A stretch of 64,000 nt of DNA from Sulfurospirillum sp. (GTDB lineage: Bacteria; Campylobacterota; Campylobacteria; Campylobacterales; QNZT01), in NCBI GenBank assembly GCA_024762875.1, contig JANTGR010000001.1, forward strand, positions 45,338-109,337. Direction: 5' to 3'. A program made the translations under genes and the position numbers. The notes below the pieces were generated by a model, which worked only from the letters and a program-made list of their open reading frames with translations, ran no database searches and was not told the DNA's origin. Of this stretch, positions 1 through 8,957 are shown one piece after another. Position 1 is the first letter of the stretch. Every line of letters begins with the position of its first letter.

Positions 1-430
1 AGGCTGGACTGGCACCAAGCCGACGCATCTGATGAAAGATCGCTCCTCCACTGATCTCTTTCCATTCCCAAACCTTTTCCAAAAATGCTTCACGTCCGAT
101 CTCTTCTTTGCTTGTACCCTGAGAGAGGAGTTGTTTTTCAACTACATTTTGGGTTGCGATACCGGCATGGTCCAAACCCGGCTGCCACAGTGTGCGATAT
201 CCGTCCATCCGCTTGTAACGTGTCATGATATCTTGTAGTGTGAAGGTCAGTGCATGCCCGATGTGCAGTGATCCGGTAACATTGGGAGGTGGCATCATGA
301 TAGAGAAGTTTTTTCCCTCTTCCTGGATAGATTTATTACCGTCTATCTCAAAATAACCTCTCTCTTCCCAGATGCTGTAGTAGCTGTCTTCAACAGCTTT
401 TGGATCATAATTCGTACTTTTGTCGCTCAT
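1..430 (-). CDS. valS: valine--tRNA ligase, N-terminal part (gene continues beyond the left edge of the window)
   Basis: My own minus-strand translation from the ATG at 430-428 gives [31 protein letters not shown]...[53 protein letters not shown]. It has the class I HIGH motif and a ValRS-type N-terminus. It is missing from the ORF track because it is open-ended. Confidence 0.9.
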   Translation of the reverse strand, partial: MSDKSTNYDPKAVEDSYYSIWEERGYFEIDGNKSIQEEGKNFSIMMPPPNVTGSLHIGHALTFTLQDIMTRYKRMDGYRTLWQPGLDHAGIATQNVVEKQLLSQGTSKEEIGREAFLEKVWEWKEISGGAIFHQMRRLGASPA

Positions 431-489
431 ATTTTGGTACCTTTAGGCAAAATTTTGCGTCATATTACCAAAATGTTGGTTAAAACCTT

Positions 490-855
490 TTACTTGGATT
501 CTGATTCGAGTTGATAGAGATCATCAAGATACTCCAAAAAACGTTTTTTCTGCATATATCCGGGAAACTCTTCCAAAATGGTATTGCCATCAGCGGAGAG
601 TATATAGGTTGTAGGAAAATAGACCGGTTTTAAAAAAAGTGGCATATCACCGCTTTCTCTGACTATCTTGAGTATGATATACTGCTTTTGCAATATCTTT
701 CTTGTGGCGGGATCATCGATGATCTCGCGGTCCATTTTATGACACCAGGGGCACCCTTGCATCACGGTATAGACTAACAGCAGTTTTTTATCCTGGGGGA
801 TTGCATCAGCTAAGAGCTGGGAGAGCAACAAGAAAGTGAGTATGAGCAATTTCAT
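490..855 (-). CDS. periplasmic thioredoxin-fold protein
   Basis: 121 aa. It has a signal-peptide-like N-terminus (MKLLILTFLLLSQLLADA) and a thioredoxin-type CxxC motif (GCPWCHKM). Confidence 0.6.
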   Translation of the reverse strand: MKLLILTFLLLSQLLADAIPQDKKLLLVYTVMQGCPWCHKMDREIIDDPATRKILQKQYIILKIVRESGDMPLFLKPVYFPTTYILSADGNTILEEFPGYMQKKRFLEYLDDLYQLESESK

Positions 856-914
856 GGATATCCTTATAGCTGTTCTAATTGAGAAAAGAGATTTGTTTTT
901 CTTATATTTTTAAG

Positions 915-928
915 TTTATCATGATAAA
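915..928. repeat. copy of the iterated palindrome (14-bp perfect palindrome TTTATCATGATAAA), intergenic
   Basis: Read directly from the sequence. The core TATCATGATA is at 917-926, in the spacer between the thioredoxin-fold gene and the Kef-type antiporter gene. Confidence 0.9.
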
Positions 929-953
929 GATAATTTTTATCTTTAACTCTTTA

Positions 954-962
954 TGCTAAAAT
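954..962 (+). promoter_or_regulatory. putative extended -10 promoter (TGcTAAAAT) for the cation:proton antiporter gene
   Basis: TGCTAAAAT lies 24 nt upstream of the ATG at 986. An AGGGAG Shine-Dalgarno sits at about 976-981. No -35 element is expected in this lineage. Confidence 0.4.
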
Positions 963-985
963 AGTACCACTTATAGGGAGTATGC

Positions 986-2593
986 ATGGAACATCTTTTA
1001 GTCTTATTTTTAGCCACTATTTTGATTGCAACAATTTTAAATGTTTTTTTGAAAAAAGTTGGATTGCCAACGATTATCGGCTATATATTTTCAGGCCTGG
1101 CCATTACTTATATATTTCACCTGCAGGATGTCAATAGCGAATCATTAGAACACATTGCTGAATTTGGTATCGTTTTTTTGATGTTTACTATCGGACTTGA
1201 ATTTTCTATGAATCACTTGAAATCTATGAAAAAAGAAGTCTTTCTTTATGGCTTTTTACAAGTATTTTTATCAGGTGTTGTTTTTACAATTTTGGCTTAT
1301 TTTGTCGCTTCTATGGAGCTAAAAAGCGCTATTGTAGTGGGATTTGCCCTTTCGCTTTCATCAACAGCCATTGTCTTAAAAGTTTTAAATGAAAATAGTG
1401 CCATTCACAGCGGGTACGGGCGTGTGACGCTGGGTGTATTACTCTTTCAGGATTTGGCTGTGATTCCTATATTGTTGATGATTTCTATCTTTACCAACCA
1501 GGATCAGTCTATCAGCTATCTACTTTTCAAGACTATGATTTCGGCAATACTGGTTTTTTTGGTGATCTTTGTCATTGGTAAAATATTTATTGAACGTTTT
1601 TTTGAATGGATTATTCATAGTGACTCAGAAGAGATTTTCTTGATCTCTGTATTGTTGATAGTGGTTGCATCAGCCATGATTGCAGATCTTTTTGGCTTTT
1701 CACTCTCTTTGGGTGCTTTTTTGGCCGGTATGACGATCGCTGAAACGAAGTTTAGATACCGTATTGAAGCAGATCTGGTGCCTTTTCGTGATATCTTGCT
1801 GGGAGTCTTTTTTGTCAGTATCGGGATGCAGATAGATCTGGTGACAGCTTGGGACAATGCCGGTATTATTGCTTTGTTATTGATTGTAGTGATGTTGCTG
1901 AAGGGAGTGATCCTTTTTTCTACCTTGCTGCCGTTTATACAAAAAAGAACAGCGATGAAAACTGCTTTGGCACTTTTTCAAATCGGCGAGTTTTCTCTGG
2001 CTATCTTCTCTTTGGCTTTTAGCAATCATCTCATTGATAAAGGAACGAATCAAACCCTCATTATGGTGGTTGTATTATCGATGATTATAACCCCGTTTGT
2101 TTTAAAAAATATTAAAAAAATCGTTGATCCGCTCTTTGTGGAACCGGAACTCAAAATGGAGTCAATAGAGTCAAGTGGCTATCATGATCATTTGATTATT
2201 TGCGGCTATGGTGATTTGGGACAGAAACTGGCTAAAAAATTTAAACAGCTGCATCTTTATTATGTGATATTGGAACATGATATGAAACTGGTAGAACTGG
2301 GCCGATCAGAGGGACAGCCCATATTGCTTGCAAATGCTGCACAAAAATCTGTCCTGGATGCTGTCAATGTAAATGAGTGTCTTGCTATCATGATAGCGGT
2401 AGACAATGCGAAAAAATTACGCCTTATTTGTGAAAATATCGCTTCATTTGATGCTGATATCAACAGTATAGTTAAAGTACGCAATGCTTCTCATGCAGCT
2501 ATTATCAAAGATTTGCATATCAAACACATTGTGAATCAAAGTGAAGAAATGGCAAAAATTCTGATGAATGAGGCGGTTAAATGTCGGATGTAA
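986..2593 (+). CDS. CPA2 (Kef-type) monovalent cation:proton antiporter with C-terminal KTN/TrkA-N domain
   Basis: 535 aa. The N-terminal ~390 aa are polytopic and hydrophobic (Na+/H+ exchanger type). A Rossmann motif follows (HLIICGYGDLGQKLAKKF, GxGxxG). Confidence 0.85.
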   Translation: MEHLLVLFLATILIATILNVFLKKVGLPTIIGYIFSGLAITYIFHLQDVNSESLEHIAEFGIVFLMFTIGLEFSMNHLKSMKKEVFLYGFLQVFLSGVVFTILAYFVASMELKSAIVVGFALSLSSTAIVLKVLNENSAIHSGYGRVTLGVLLFQDLAVIPILLMISIFTNQDQSISYLLFKTMISAILVFLVIFVIGKIFIERFFEWIIHSDSEEIFLISVLLIVVASAMIADLFGFSLSLGAFLAGMTIAETKFRYRIEADLVPFRDILLGVFFVSIGMQIDLVTAWDNAGIIALLLIVVMLLKGVILFSTLLPFIQKRTAMKTALALFQIGEFSLAIFSLAFSNHLIDKGTNQTLIMVVVLSMIITPFVLKNIKKIVDPLFVEPELKMESIESSGYHDHLIICGYGDLGQKLAKKFKQLHLYYVILEHDMKLVELGRSEGQPILLANAAQKSVLDAVNVNECLAIMIAVDNAKKLRLICENIASFDADINSIVKVRNASHAAIIKDLHIKHIVNQSEEMAKILMNEAVKCRM

Positions 2594-3204
2594 AAAGAAC
2601 ACTGATCTTTGATATGGATGGTACTTTGATTGATTCATCCAAAGTGATAGTCAATTCTATCAATTATGTACGCAGTAAATTAGGTCTGGAAGCGATGGAA
2701 GAAGAAAAAATTTTATTTGCTGTCAATGACATGCAGACAGATTCACCACGTTATTTCTATGAGGTAGAAGCTTTTGAACAGCGGCACATTGTATGGTTTC
2801 AGGAGTATTATACACTTTATCATGATAGGGAAGTTGCTTTGTATCCAGATGTAAAAAGTTTCCTGGATAAAGTTTCACAAAAATACCAGCTCTCTTTGGC
2901 TACGAATGCATACAGAGAATCTGCATTACAGATTTTACAGCATCTGGAGATTGAACATTATTTTGATATTGTAGTGTGTGCTGATGATGTGCAAGCCTCC
3001 AAACCTCATCCTGAAATGATAAAAAAAATTCTATTACATTTTGATGAAATACCAGAAAATGCACTGATGATAGGAGACTCATTAAAAGACAAAGAAGCCG
3101 CAAAAAGAGCAGGGGTTGATACTATTTTGGTGGATTGGGGATTTTCTGATTTGGATGGGGCGTGTAAAGAGGTCAAAACATTGGAAAAATTGTTGGGTGT
3201 ATAA
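2581..3204 (+). CDS. HAD-superfamily hydrolase (phosphoglycolate phosphatase-like)
   Basis: 207 aa. HAD motif I is IFDMDGTLIDS, motif II is LSLATNA, and motif IV is MIGDSLKDKEAAKRAG. It overlaps the upstream gene by 13 nt. Confidence 0.8.
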   Translation: MSDVKRTLIFDMDGTLIDSSKVIVNSINYVRSKLGLEAMEEEKILFAVNDMQTDSPRYFYEVEAFEQRHIVWFQEYYTLYHDREVALYPDVKSFLDKVSQKYQLSLATNAYRESALQILQHLEIEHYFDIVVCADDVQASKPHPEMIKKILLHFDEIPENALMIGDSLKDKEAAKRAGVDTILVDWGFSDLDGACKEVKTLEKLLGV

Positions 3205-3240
3205 AAAAGCCTAAAGAGCAAATCCCTTTAGGCTTTTTTT
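3203..3240. terminator. bidirectional rho-independent terminator between convergent genes
   Basis: An 8-bp stem pairs GCCTAAAG (3209-3216) with CTTTAGGC (3226-3233) around a 9-nt loop. An A-run lies 5' and a T-run (3234-3240) lies 3'. Confidence 0.7.
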
Positions 3241-3244
3241 AATA

Positions 3245-4495
3245 CTAAAATTTGTACGATATTCCCGTGCTGATGAGCAGGGCGGCAGCATCTTTGAATG
3301 TGCCGTCTATCTCTGCATTTTGTACGCGTCTTTCATCTTTACTGTCATAGAGGATACTGGCTCCGATTTCTATGGCATCACTGTATTTGTAGCGTACTCC
3401 TCCAGAGAAGAGTGTTGCATCAGAATCAGGCAGTTCAAATCCGATATTTTCCTCAGGTGCCGGGTTTTCATCCACTGCTACAGCACCCATGATGGTTAGT
3501 TTTTTATTGACTTGATGCGTGATACCGACTCTAAATGCATTGGTATCCTGCCAATTTCTCTGCTTTGGTGCATCAAATGCAGCCTGTAAAGCCAAAGGTA
3601 CTGTGTCTTTAAATTGAAAATCAAGTGTTTTATAAGTGGACCAGAAAGTTCTGTCATATTCGAGTTCAAGAACGGTTCCATCAAAATCATAAGAGAGTGC
3701 CAGTGCTGCTACAGCAGGTAGCGGTACTTCTACACTGGCTCCGCCGTCATAGAGTTTTGTCCCGCTGAGATAGAGTTTGGCATTGCCTTCTTCATTGATA
3801 TCTACATTTGAGCGGTATGTTGCTGCGATAGTGAGTGGGGAAACAGGTTTATAGGTAAGTGCCAGATTGTAGCCGTATTCTATCGTATCTGCTTCCATGT
3901 CACGACCTGCAGGTTTATTGATGAGTCCGCCTGAAAGTGCTGTGATCGTCGTTCCGTCACTTTTAACTATTCCTTCACTGTATATCATTCTCAAACCACC
4001 ACCAATGGAAAATTGATCATTCACCTTGTAGGCCATGACAGGATTGAATTCGATAATTTTAAGTGTGAACTCTTCTGCAAAAAGCTTTGCAAAAGCTGAT
4101 CCCCATTTTTTACTCAGTCCCCCTGGAACTGTCATTGAAAAACCATAACGGATCCCGTCGTAATCTTTCGATGTATAGAAAAAAGAAGGAGCAAAAAGAT
4201 TTTCTGCCCCTGATTGTGAGTTTAACAGCGCAGCTCTTGCTGCCTGGCTGTCTGTATAAGTGATTTTACTTAAATTGATATAGGTCAAATCTCCTTCAAT
4301 TTGGTTGGCATTGTCATTGAAAACCATATTGGCCGGGTTATAATAAGCTGTGTCAGCACCATGTGCATTGGCAACATAAGCTGCAGCAAGTGCCGTAGCA
4401 TTCATAGATGATTCGGGCAGTCTGTATCCACTGGCAAAGAGCATGGAAGATGTTAGCAATGAGAGGGCGGTTGTTTTGTATATGATGTTTGTCAT
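3245..4495 (-). CDS. fadL: FadL/OmpP1/TodX-family outer-membrane transporter for hydrophobic compounds
   Basis: 416 aa. It has a signal peptide (LLTSSMLFASG), beta-barrel-like alternating sequence, and an aromatic C-terminal residue (ISYKF). The overall pattern fits the FadL family. Confidence 0.75.
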   Translation of the reverse strand: MTNIIYKTTALSLLTSSMLFASGYRLPESSMNATALAAAYVANAHGADTAYYNPANMVFNDNANQIEGDLTYINLSKITYTDSQAARAALLNSQSGAENLFAPSFFYTSKDYDGIRYGFSMTVPGGLSKKWGSAFAKLFAEEFTLKIIEFNPVMAYKVNDQFSIGGGLRMIYSEGIVKSDGTTITALSGGLINKPAGRDMEADTIEYGYNLALTYKPVSPLTIAATYRSNVDINEEGNAKLYLSGTKLYDGGASVEVPLPAVAALALSYDFDGTVLELEYDRTFWSTYKTLDFQFKDTVPLALQAAFDAPKQRNWQDTNAFRVGITHQVNKKLTIMGAVAVDENPAPEENIGFELPDSDATLFSGGVRYKYSDAIEIGASILYDSKDERRVQNAEIDGTFKDAAALLISTGISYKF

Positions 4496-5772
4496 TATTT
4501 ACTCCTTAATTCTACAAACCATGCAGCCACGGTAGCATAGGCAGGCTGGGCACAGGGTACATGATCGAGTGACGGGCTGATATCTATAGCGGGAACACCC
4601 ATTTTGGCACTTGCAGCAAGTGCCAGACGCGGGTCGATAATAGTATCACCAGAACAGTAATACAACTGTGTCGGTGTTGTTGGCGTATAATCATCTACAC
4701 TGTTGTTAACAAAGTCAACTCTTAATGCATTGTTGGCATTAGTCAGGAAATCACCTCTAAAAGCAGGTACGAAAAAGTCTGCAATTGAGTTGGTTAATTG
4801 TGCCTGGATAAATTCTTTGGTTTTTGTCAAATCTGCTGCATCATATAAAGTAGGCAGTATAGTGTCATACGGCGTAGCCAGGATTTCACTTAAATTATAG
4901 TCATATGTTTTGGCATATGAGTTGATGATACCACCGATAAAGTCTGGTCTTGCCATGCTGTCTTGGCTGACTACACCCATACCGGTCAAGTTCAAATCGT
5001 ACGGTCCGGACATGGGTGCTACGCCCGCGAGGTGGATATCTGGCTGGTTGGCTTCAATCTCTTTAGCTGCCGCCAGTGTCACATAGCCGCCTTCAGAATA
5101 ACCTGTAAGATAGACTTGCCCGTTTAAAGGCAAATTGCTGTCTGTTCCAAATGCAAGTGTCGCTTTGATCATATCAATGACAGGTGAGGCAGACTCTTTT
5201 TCTATAAAGTAGGGATGTGTAGTTGTTTTTGATTCACCATAACCGATCAAATCAGGCTGCACTGTAATGAATCCTGCCACAGCAGAAAAAAGTGTACCTG
5301 TTGCACTGGGCTTGTGCGTCATAATGACTTCTGTAGTAGGAGCCTCGTTATCAGGGAAAATTGTTCCGTGCTGATCACTGACGATAGACATAGAGTAGTC
5401 TTGATGCTTTGCAGCTAAACCCGCAAGTATAGTTTGGCTGGGCACTGGTATGGTAACCAGTCCTGAGACATTGATCTCTTCACCTTTGAGATTGTGTGTT
5501 TTATAGACCATTCTGAAACCTTTGATACCAAAAGCAGGTTGCGGGGGAGTCGATTCATTGACGTCCACAGTGGTGGGATCATCTGCTTTTTGTGTTAAAG
5601 CAGTCACCGTTGGCTGCATCGTGGATGCATTGATGTCAAAAAGCGGTGTCATACTGATCAACTGGGCATCTCCTACAATATTATTGTCTTTGTTGTCAAT
5701 GCCACAGCCGCCAAGCAGCCAAGCTGTCAATGAAACTGTAAACAGCAAACCTGATTTTTTCATTTCTATCAT
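4495..5772 (-). CDS. secreted lipase/esterase-like alpha/beta hydrolase lipoprotein
   Basis: 425 aa. It has a lipobox (AWLLGGC) and a nucleophile elbow (GYSEGG). An AGGAG Shine-Dalgarno lies 5 nt upstream of the ATG at 5772. That ATG is the central ATG of a palindrome copy. Its stop overlaps the fadL-like start by 1 nt. Confidence 0.6.
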   Translation of the reverse strand: MIEMKKSGLLFTVSLTAWLLGGCGIDNKDNNIVGDAQLISMTPLFDINASTMQPTVTALTQKADDPTTVDVNESTPPQPAFGIKGFRMVYKTHNLKGEEINVSGLVTIPVPSQTILAGLAAKHQDYSMSIVSDQHGTIFPDNEAPTTEVIMTHKPSATGTLFSAVAGFITVQPDLIGYGESKTTTHPYFIEKESASPVIDMIKATLAFGTDSNLPLNGQVYLTGYSEGGYVTLAAAKEIEANQPDIHLAGVAPMSGPYDLNLTGMGVVSQDSMARPDFIGGIINSYAKTYDYNLSEILATPYDTILPTLYDAADLTKTKEFIQAQLTNSIADFFVPAFRGDFLTNANNALRVDFVNNSVDDYTPTTPTQLYYCSGDTIIDPRLALAASAKMGVPAIDISPSLDHVPCAQPAYATVAAWFVELRSK

Positions 5773-5852
5773 GATAACTCCTAAAAATTTATATTAAAAA
5801 ATATTATAATGATACAGAAAGCTTCATTAAATCTTTGCTTTACCGATATAAT

Positions 5853-6124
5853 TATAGGGCACCTCTAAAATCCTAGGTACTCATAATGGGTTTTGAAAAG
5901 GTAAGATTTGCATCGAGATTTTTGAAATCCTAGCCGAAGCTAAGATAAAAAAATATCTTTGTGAAGATTGCTTTTTCAAAGCTCACCCAAAGGGCATCAC
6001 TAGCTTTTCCTTAGGCGTTGTTACACACTCTTGAATTAGCTACGGCTAGTCCTGCGAGTGAGTGCCTAGCCTAAAAAAAAGCTAGTGATGTTATGAGTAC
6101 CTAGGATTTTAGAGGTACCCTATA
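5853..6124. repeat. 272-bp nested inverted-repeat element (MITE-like or structured RNA)
   Basis: The outer arms are 5853-5886 and 6091-6124 (34 bp, 1 mismatch). An inner stem pairs 5995-6016 with 6069-6090 (22 bp with a 2-nt mismatch). A third complementary pair, 5930-5943 with 6036-6049 (14 bp, 1 mismatch), crosses the second stem. Confidence 0.7.
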
Positions 6125-6145
6125 GAAAACAGAGCAAGGATGATA

Positions 6146-6733
6146 ATGATTGCAAAACTATTAATGCGACCTTTTGGGTCATTTTGGACGATTAAAGAGA
6201 AGTGTCAACAAGAAAAAAATCCATTGTTAAGAAAAGTCTATACGACATTGTATAAAATGTATCTGTATGAAAACAATGCAGATATCGCGCTAAGTAGTTA
6301 TTTTGCCGGTGAACCCTGTATGCCACACGGTGAAAGAGGTGTATTTGTCTCTGGGGCAACCCAGGTTGGTAAAAATGCTATTATTTTTCAACAGGTTACA
6401 ATAGGTTCTGTCACACTGCCGGATTCCAACGGTTTGGGCGCACCTACTATCGGTGATAATTGTTATATCGGGGCTGGTGCCAAAATAGTCGGAAAAGTGA
6501 CTATCGGTAACAATGTCAGAATCGGTGCCAATGCAGTGGTCTATAAAGATGTGCCTGATAATTCGGTGGTGGTCTCAGCAGAACAAAAGACAATCACCAA
6601 AAAAGAACCATTGATCAATAGATATTATACCTATGATGATGACTTGGAAGGTTGGTCTTATTTTCAAGATGGCAGTTGGGTGAGGGTAGAAGACAAAGCA
6701 CTGATTGCTGTTCTGAGTGGTGAAAGAGCATAA
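6146..6733 (+). CDS. hexapeptide-repeat acetyltransferase, serine O-acetyltransferase-like
   Basis: It has an LbH repeat region (GAPTIGDNCYIGAGAKIVGKVTIGNNVRIGANAVVYKDVPDNSVVV) typical of the CysE C-terminal half. It lacks the SATase N-terminal domain and carries a ~45-aa C-terminal extension. The ATG at 6146 has better AAGG spacing than the ATG at 6140. Confidence 0.65.
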   Translation: MIAKLLMRPFGSFWTIKEKCQQEKNPLLRKVYTTLYKMYLYENNADIALSSYFAGEPCMPHGERGVFVSGATQVGKNAIIFQQVTIGSVTLPDSNGLGAPTIGDNCYIGAGAKIVGKVTIGNNVRIGANAVVYKDVPDNSVVVSAEQKTITKKEPLINRYYTYDDDLEGWSYFQDGSWVRVEDKALIAVLSGERA

Positions 6734-6751
6734 AAGGAAATATGGGCACCT

Positions 6752-8248
6752 TTATATGAAAGTAGGGGCATCATTGGAGAAGAGTATAAGATCTCCACTG
6801 GCTGTATGCTGGCTTAACGTCTCTTCCATGCGTGATTTGTCTTTTAAGAGCAGTTTTTTTGCCTTTTTGATTTCACGGTAGAGTACCTCAGCATTGGTAC
6901 TGCCGGTAATGATCACAGTATCAAAAATGCTGTCCATGATATGAGCAAGTTTGCTGTTACTTGCTTCATCACTTTCGATGATACCTGGAGTGATGAGTAT
7001 CTTGCGTCCTGGAAATTGGCGTACCAGTTCATACGAAGCACGCATCCCCTCAAAGTTTCCATTAAAACTGTCATCAATGATGAGTTTTCCTCCCGCTTCT
7101 ATCTTTTGTAAGCGATGTTCTACCTGTTTTAAGCCTAAGAGTGCTTTTTTGATTTGCGGTATTTCCAGCCCCAGTTCTCTGGCTATCATGATAGCCGCTG
7201 TGAGGTTGATAGCATGAAAGGCACCCAGGAGTGGTGCTTGAAAAGATTCTTCTTTGCCATCGATAGTAAGATCAAAGTGTAAGCCTTCCAATGTTGCTTC
7301 GATATTTGATATATTGTTTCCGTAGAGTGTCACTTTTTCATTTGGTTTGACGTTAGCACTTTCGTGTACAAAAGCTTTTTTGAGTTTGTTGGAATTGAGT
7401 ATTTCCATTTTGGTGTCCCGGATGTTTTGCAGGGTTTTAAAATATTCGATATGCTGGGCACCAATGCTGCCGACGATAGCATAGTCTTCATTTAAAAAAC
7501 GTGCAATTTCATCGATATCACCTCTTGCTCTTGCACCTGCTTCCGCGATATAAATCTGGGTACGCAGCGGGAGTTCTTCGTTGACATCCCGTACCAGCCC
7601 ACCCAGGGTATTGACAGAGCGGGGTGTCATATAGGTTGCAAATTGTGCAGAAAGGATTTGGTAAAGAAAGTTTTTGATACTGGTTTTACCATAGCTGGCT
7701 GTTATAGCGATGATACGCAAATCTTTCATACTGTGGAGCTTTTTTTGTGCCTCTTTTTTAAAACTTAAAAAAAGAAATTTTTCAAACAGATAGCTGGCAC
7801 CCACTGCAGCAACAAGTGGTAAAAAAACACCATCAAGCTGACAGCGCTGACTGACCAGGCAGAGAATATCCTGAAAAATAACGGCCAATGCCAAAAAGAG
7901 AAAAAAGCGTTTGACACGGGGTGTGTAAACCAATTTTTTATCGATCTTTTTTTGCCATAGATATAAAGCTGGCAATAGCCCCAGATAAAAATAGACCCAA
8001 AAATAAAGACCCATTTCAAAATGAAACATCATATAATAGGCAAAAAGCGGCACAACAAAATAAAAAATATGCCACTGCACTTTTTTGTGTTTGAAAAGTA
8101 CCCGTTCGAGTTTATAACTGTACCATTGCAGATTGGTAATAAGATACCAGCCCAGGGTGAGGGTAAAGAGTATATGTGAAAAGAGAGTCAATAATTTAAT
8201 GCTTTGCATGAAGTTCCTTATAAATTTGCTCTTGTATAAAAGCAGCAT
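6752..8248 (-). CDS. murF: UDP-N-acetylmuramoyl-tripeptide--D-alanyl-D-alanine ligase with N-terminal membrane domain
   Basis: It has a Mur-ligase central domain (IAITASYGKTSIKN) and a C-terminal domain (LIIDDSFNGNFEGM). The first ~165 aa are hydrophobic TM segments. An alternative start exists at 8209 (MQSIKLL). Confidence 0.85.
   Translation of the reverse strand: MLLLYKSKFIRNFMQSIKLLTLFSHILFTLTLGWYLITNLQWYSYKLERVLFKHKKVQWHIFYFVVPLFAYYMMFHFEMGLYFWVYFYLGLLPALYLWQKKIDKKLVYTPRVKRFFLFLALAVIFQDILCLVSQRCQLDGVFLPLVAAVGASYLFEKFLFLSFKKEAQKKLHSMKDLRIIAITASYGKTSIKNFLYQILSAQFATYMTPRSVNTLGGLVRDVNEELPLRTQIYIAEAGARARGDIDEIARFLNEDYAIVGSIGAQHIEYFKTLQNIRDTKMEILNSNKLKKAFVHESANVKPNEKVTLYGNNISNIEATLEGLHFDLTIDGKEESFQAPLLGAFHAINLTAAIMIARELGLEIPQIKKALLGLKQVEHRLQKIEAGGKLIIDDSFNGNFEGMRASYELVRQFPGRKILITPGIIESDEASNSKLAHIMDSIFDTVIITGSTNAEVLYREIKKAKKLLLKDKSRMEETLSQHTASGDLILFSNDAPTFI
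7181..7196. repeat. copy of the iterated palindrome extended to a 16-bp perfect palindrome GGCTATCATGATAGCC (inside murF)
   Basis: Read directly from the sequence. On the minus strand it encodes AAIMIAR in MurF. Confidence 0.9.
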
Positions 8249-8924
8249 GTTTTAAAAAAAAGTAGTGATCGCCCTCCAATGGGAAAAAAGAGTTCTCAGG
8301 TATCAATGCAGCTATCTTCTCACCTGTAAAAAGCGGTGTGGCACTGTCATCTTTTCCCCAAAAGAGTAAAGCTTTTTTTTGAAAATGGCTAAAATGCGCT
8401 GAAAAGTCTTCATCTACGACATTTTTGAATGTTTTATACATCGCTTCACTCATACCTTCAACATCTTTGGAAACAAAAAAACGGCGTAAGCTGCTGATAC
8501 CAAAAGGTTTCAAGAGTTTAAAAAGTTTGATTTTTGCTCGTACTTTAAATGACTTGGGTACTATAATACCGGCAGAACTGAGCAAGACCAGCAGATCCGG
8601 ATTGAGCAGGGTGGCAACTTTGCCGCCAAAGGAGTGCCCAAATACGACAGCAGGCTGCACATCCAGCTCTTCTAAAAATTGTATCATGATAGCGGCATAA
8701 TCATGGGTGGTCAATACCGTCTCGTTTGGACTTTTACCAAAGCCCGGCATATCAATATAGAGATGCCTGTGATCTTTAAAATAGTTGCCAAAAGCACTTT
8801 TCATGACTTCTTTGTTACTGCCCCAGCCATGCAGGATGATGATAGTTTCTTCTATCTTTGGATGTATAATCTCATAGTTGATATTGTAGGATATGCCCTG
8901 ATATAGTATCTGCCTGTTTGCCAT
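8196..8924 (-). CDS. alpha/beta-fold hydrolase
   Basis: 242 aa. It has an HG oxyanion motif (ILHGWGS) and a nucleophile elbow (GHSFGG). Confidence 0.75.
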   Translation of the reverse strand: MANRQILYQGISYNINYEIIHPKIEETIIILHGWGSNKEVMKSAFGNYFKDHRHLYIDMPGFGKSPNETVLTTHDYAAIMIQFLEELDVQPAVVFGHSFGGKVATLLNPDLLVLLSSAGIIVPKSFKVRAKIKLFKLLKPFGISSLRRFFVSKDVEGMSEAMYKTFKNVVDEDFSAHFSHFQKKALLFWGKDDSATPLFTGEKIAALIPENSFFPLEGDHYFFLKHAAFIQEQIYKELHAKH

Positions 8925-8957
8925 GAAGTTTTTAACTGCCTTTGGTATAATTGTATA

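Noticed and set aside
32-238. A 68-aa plus-strand ORF at the left edge of the window.
   Set aside because: It lies antisense to a clear ValRS N-terminal coding sequence (minus strand, 1-430). I treat it as a shadow ORF.
6136-6157. The Fur-box-like string GGATGATAATGATTGC at the start of the acetyltransferase gene.
   Set aside because: Only the GATAATGAT half resembles the classical Fur box. There is no second inverted half-site, and it overlaps the RBS and start codons (ATGATAATG). It is most likely AT-rich coincidence.
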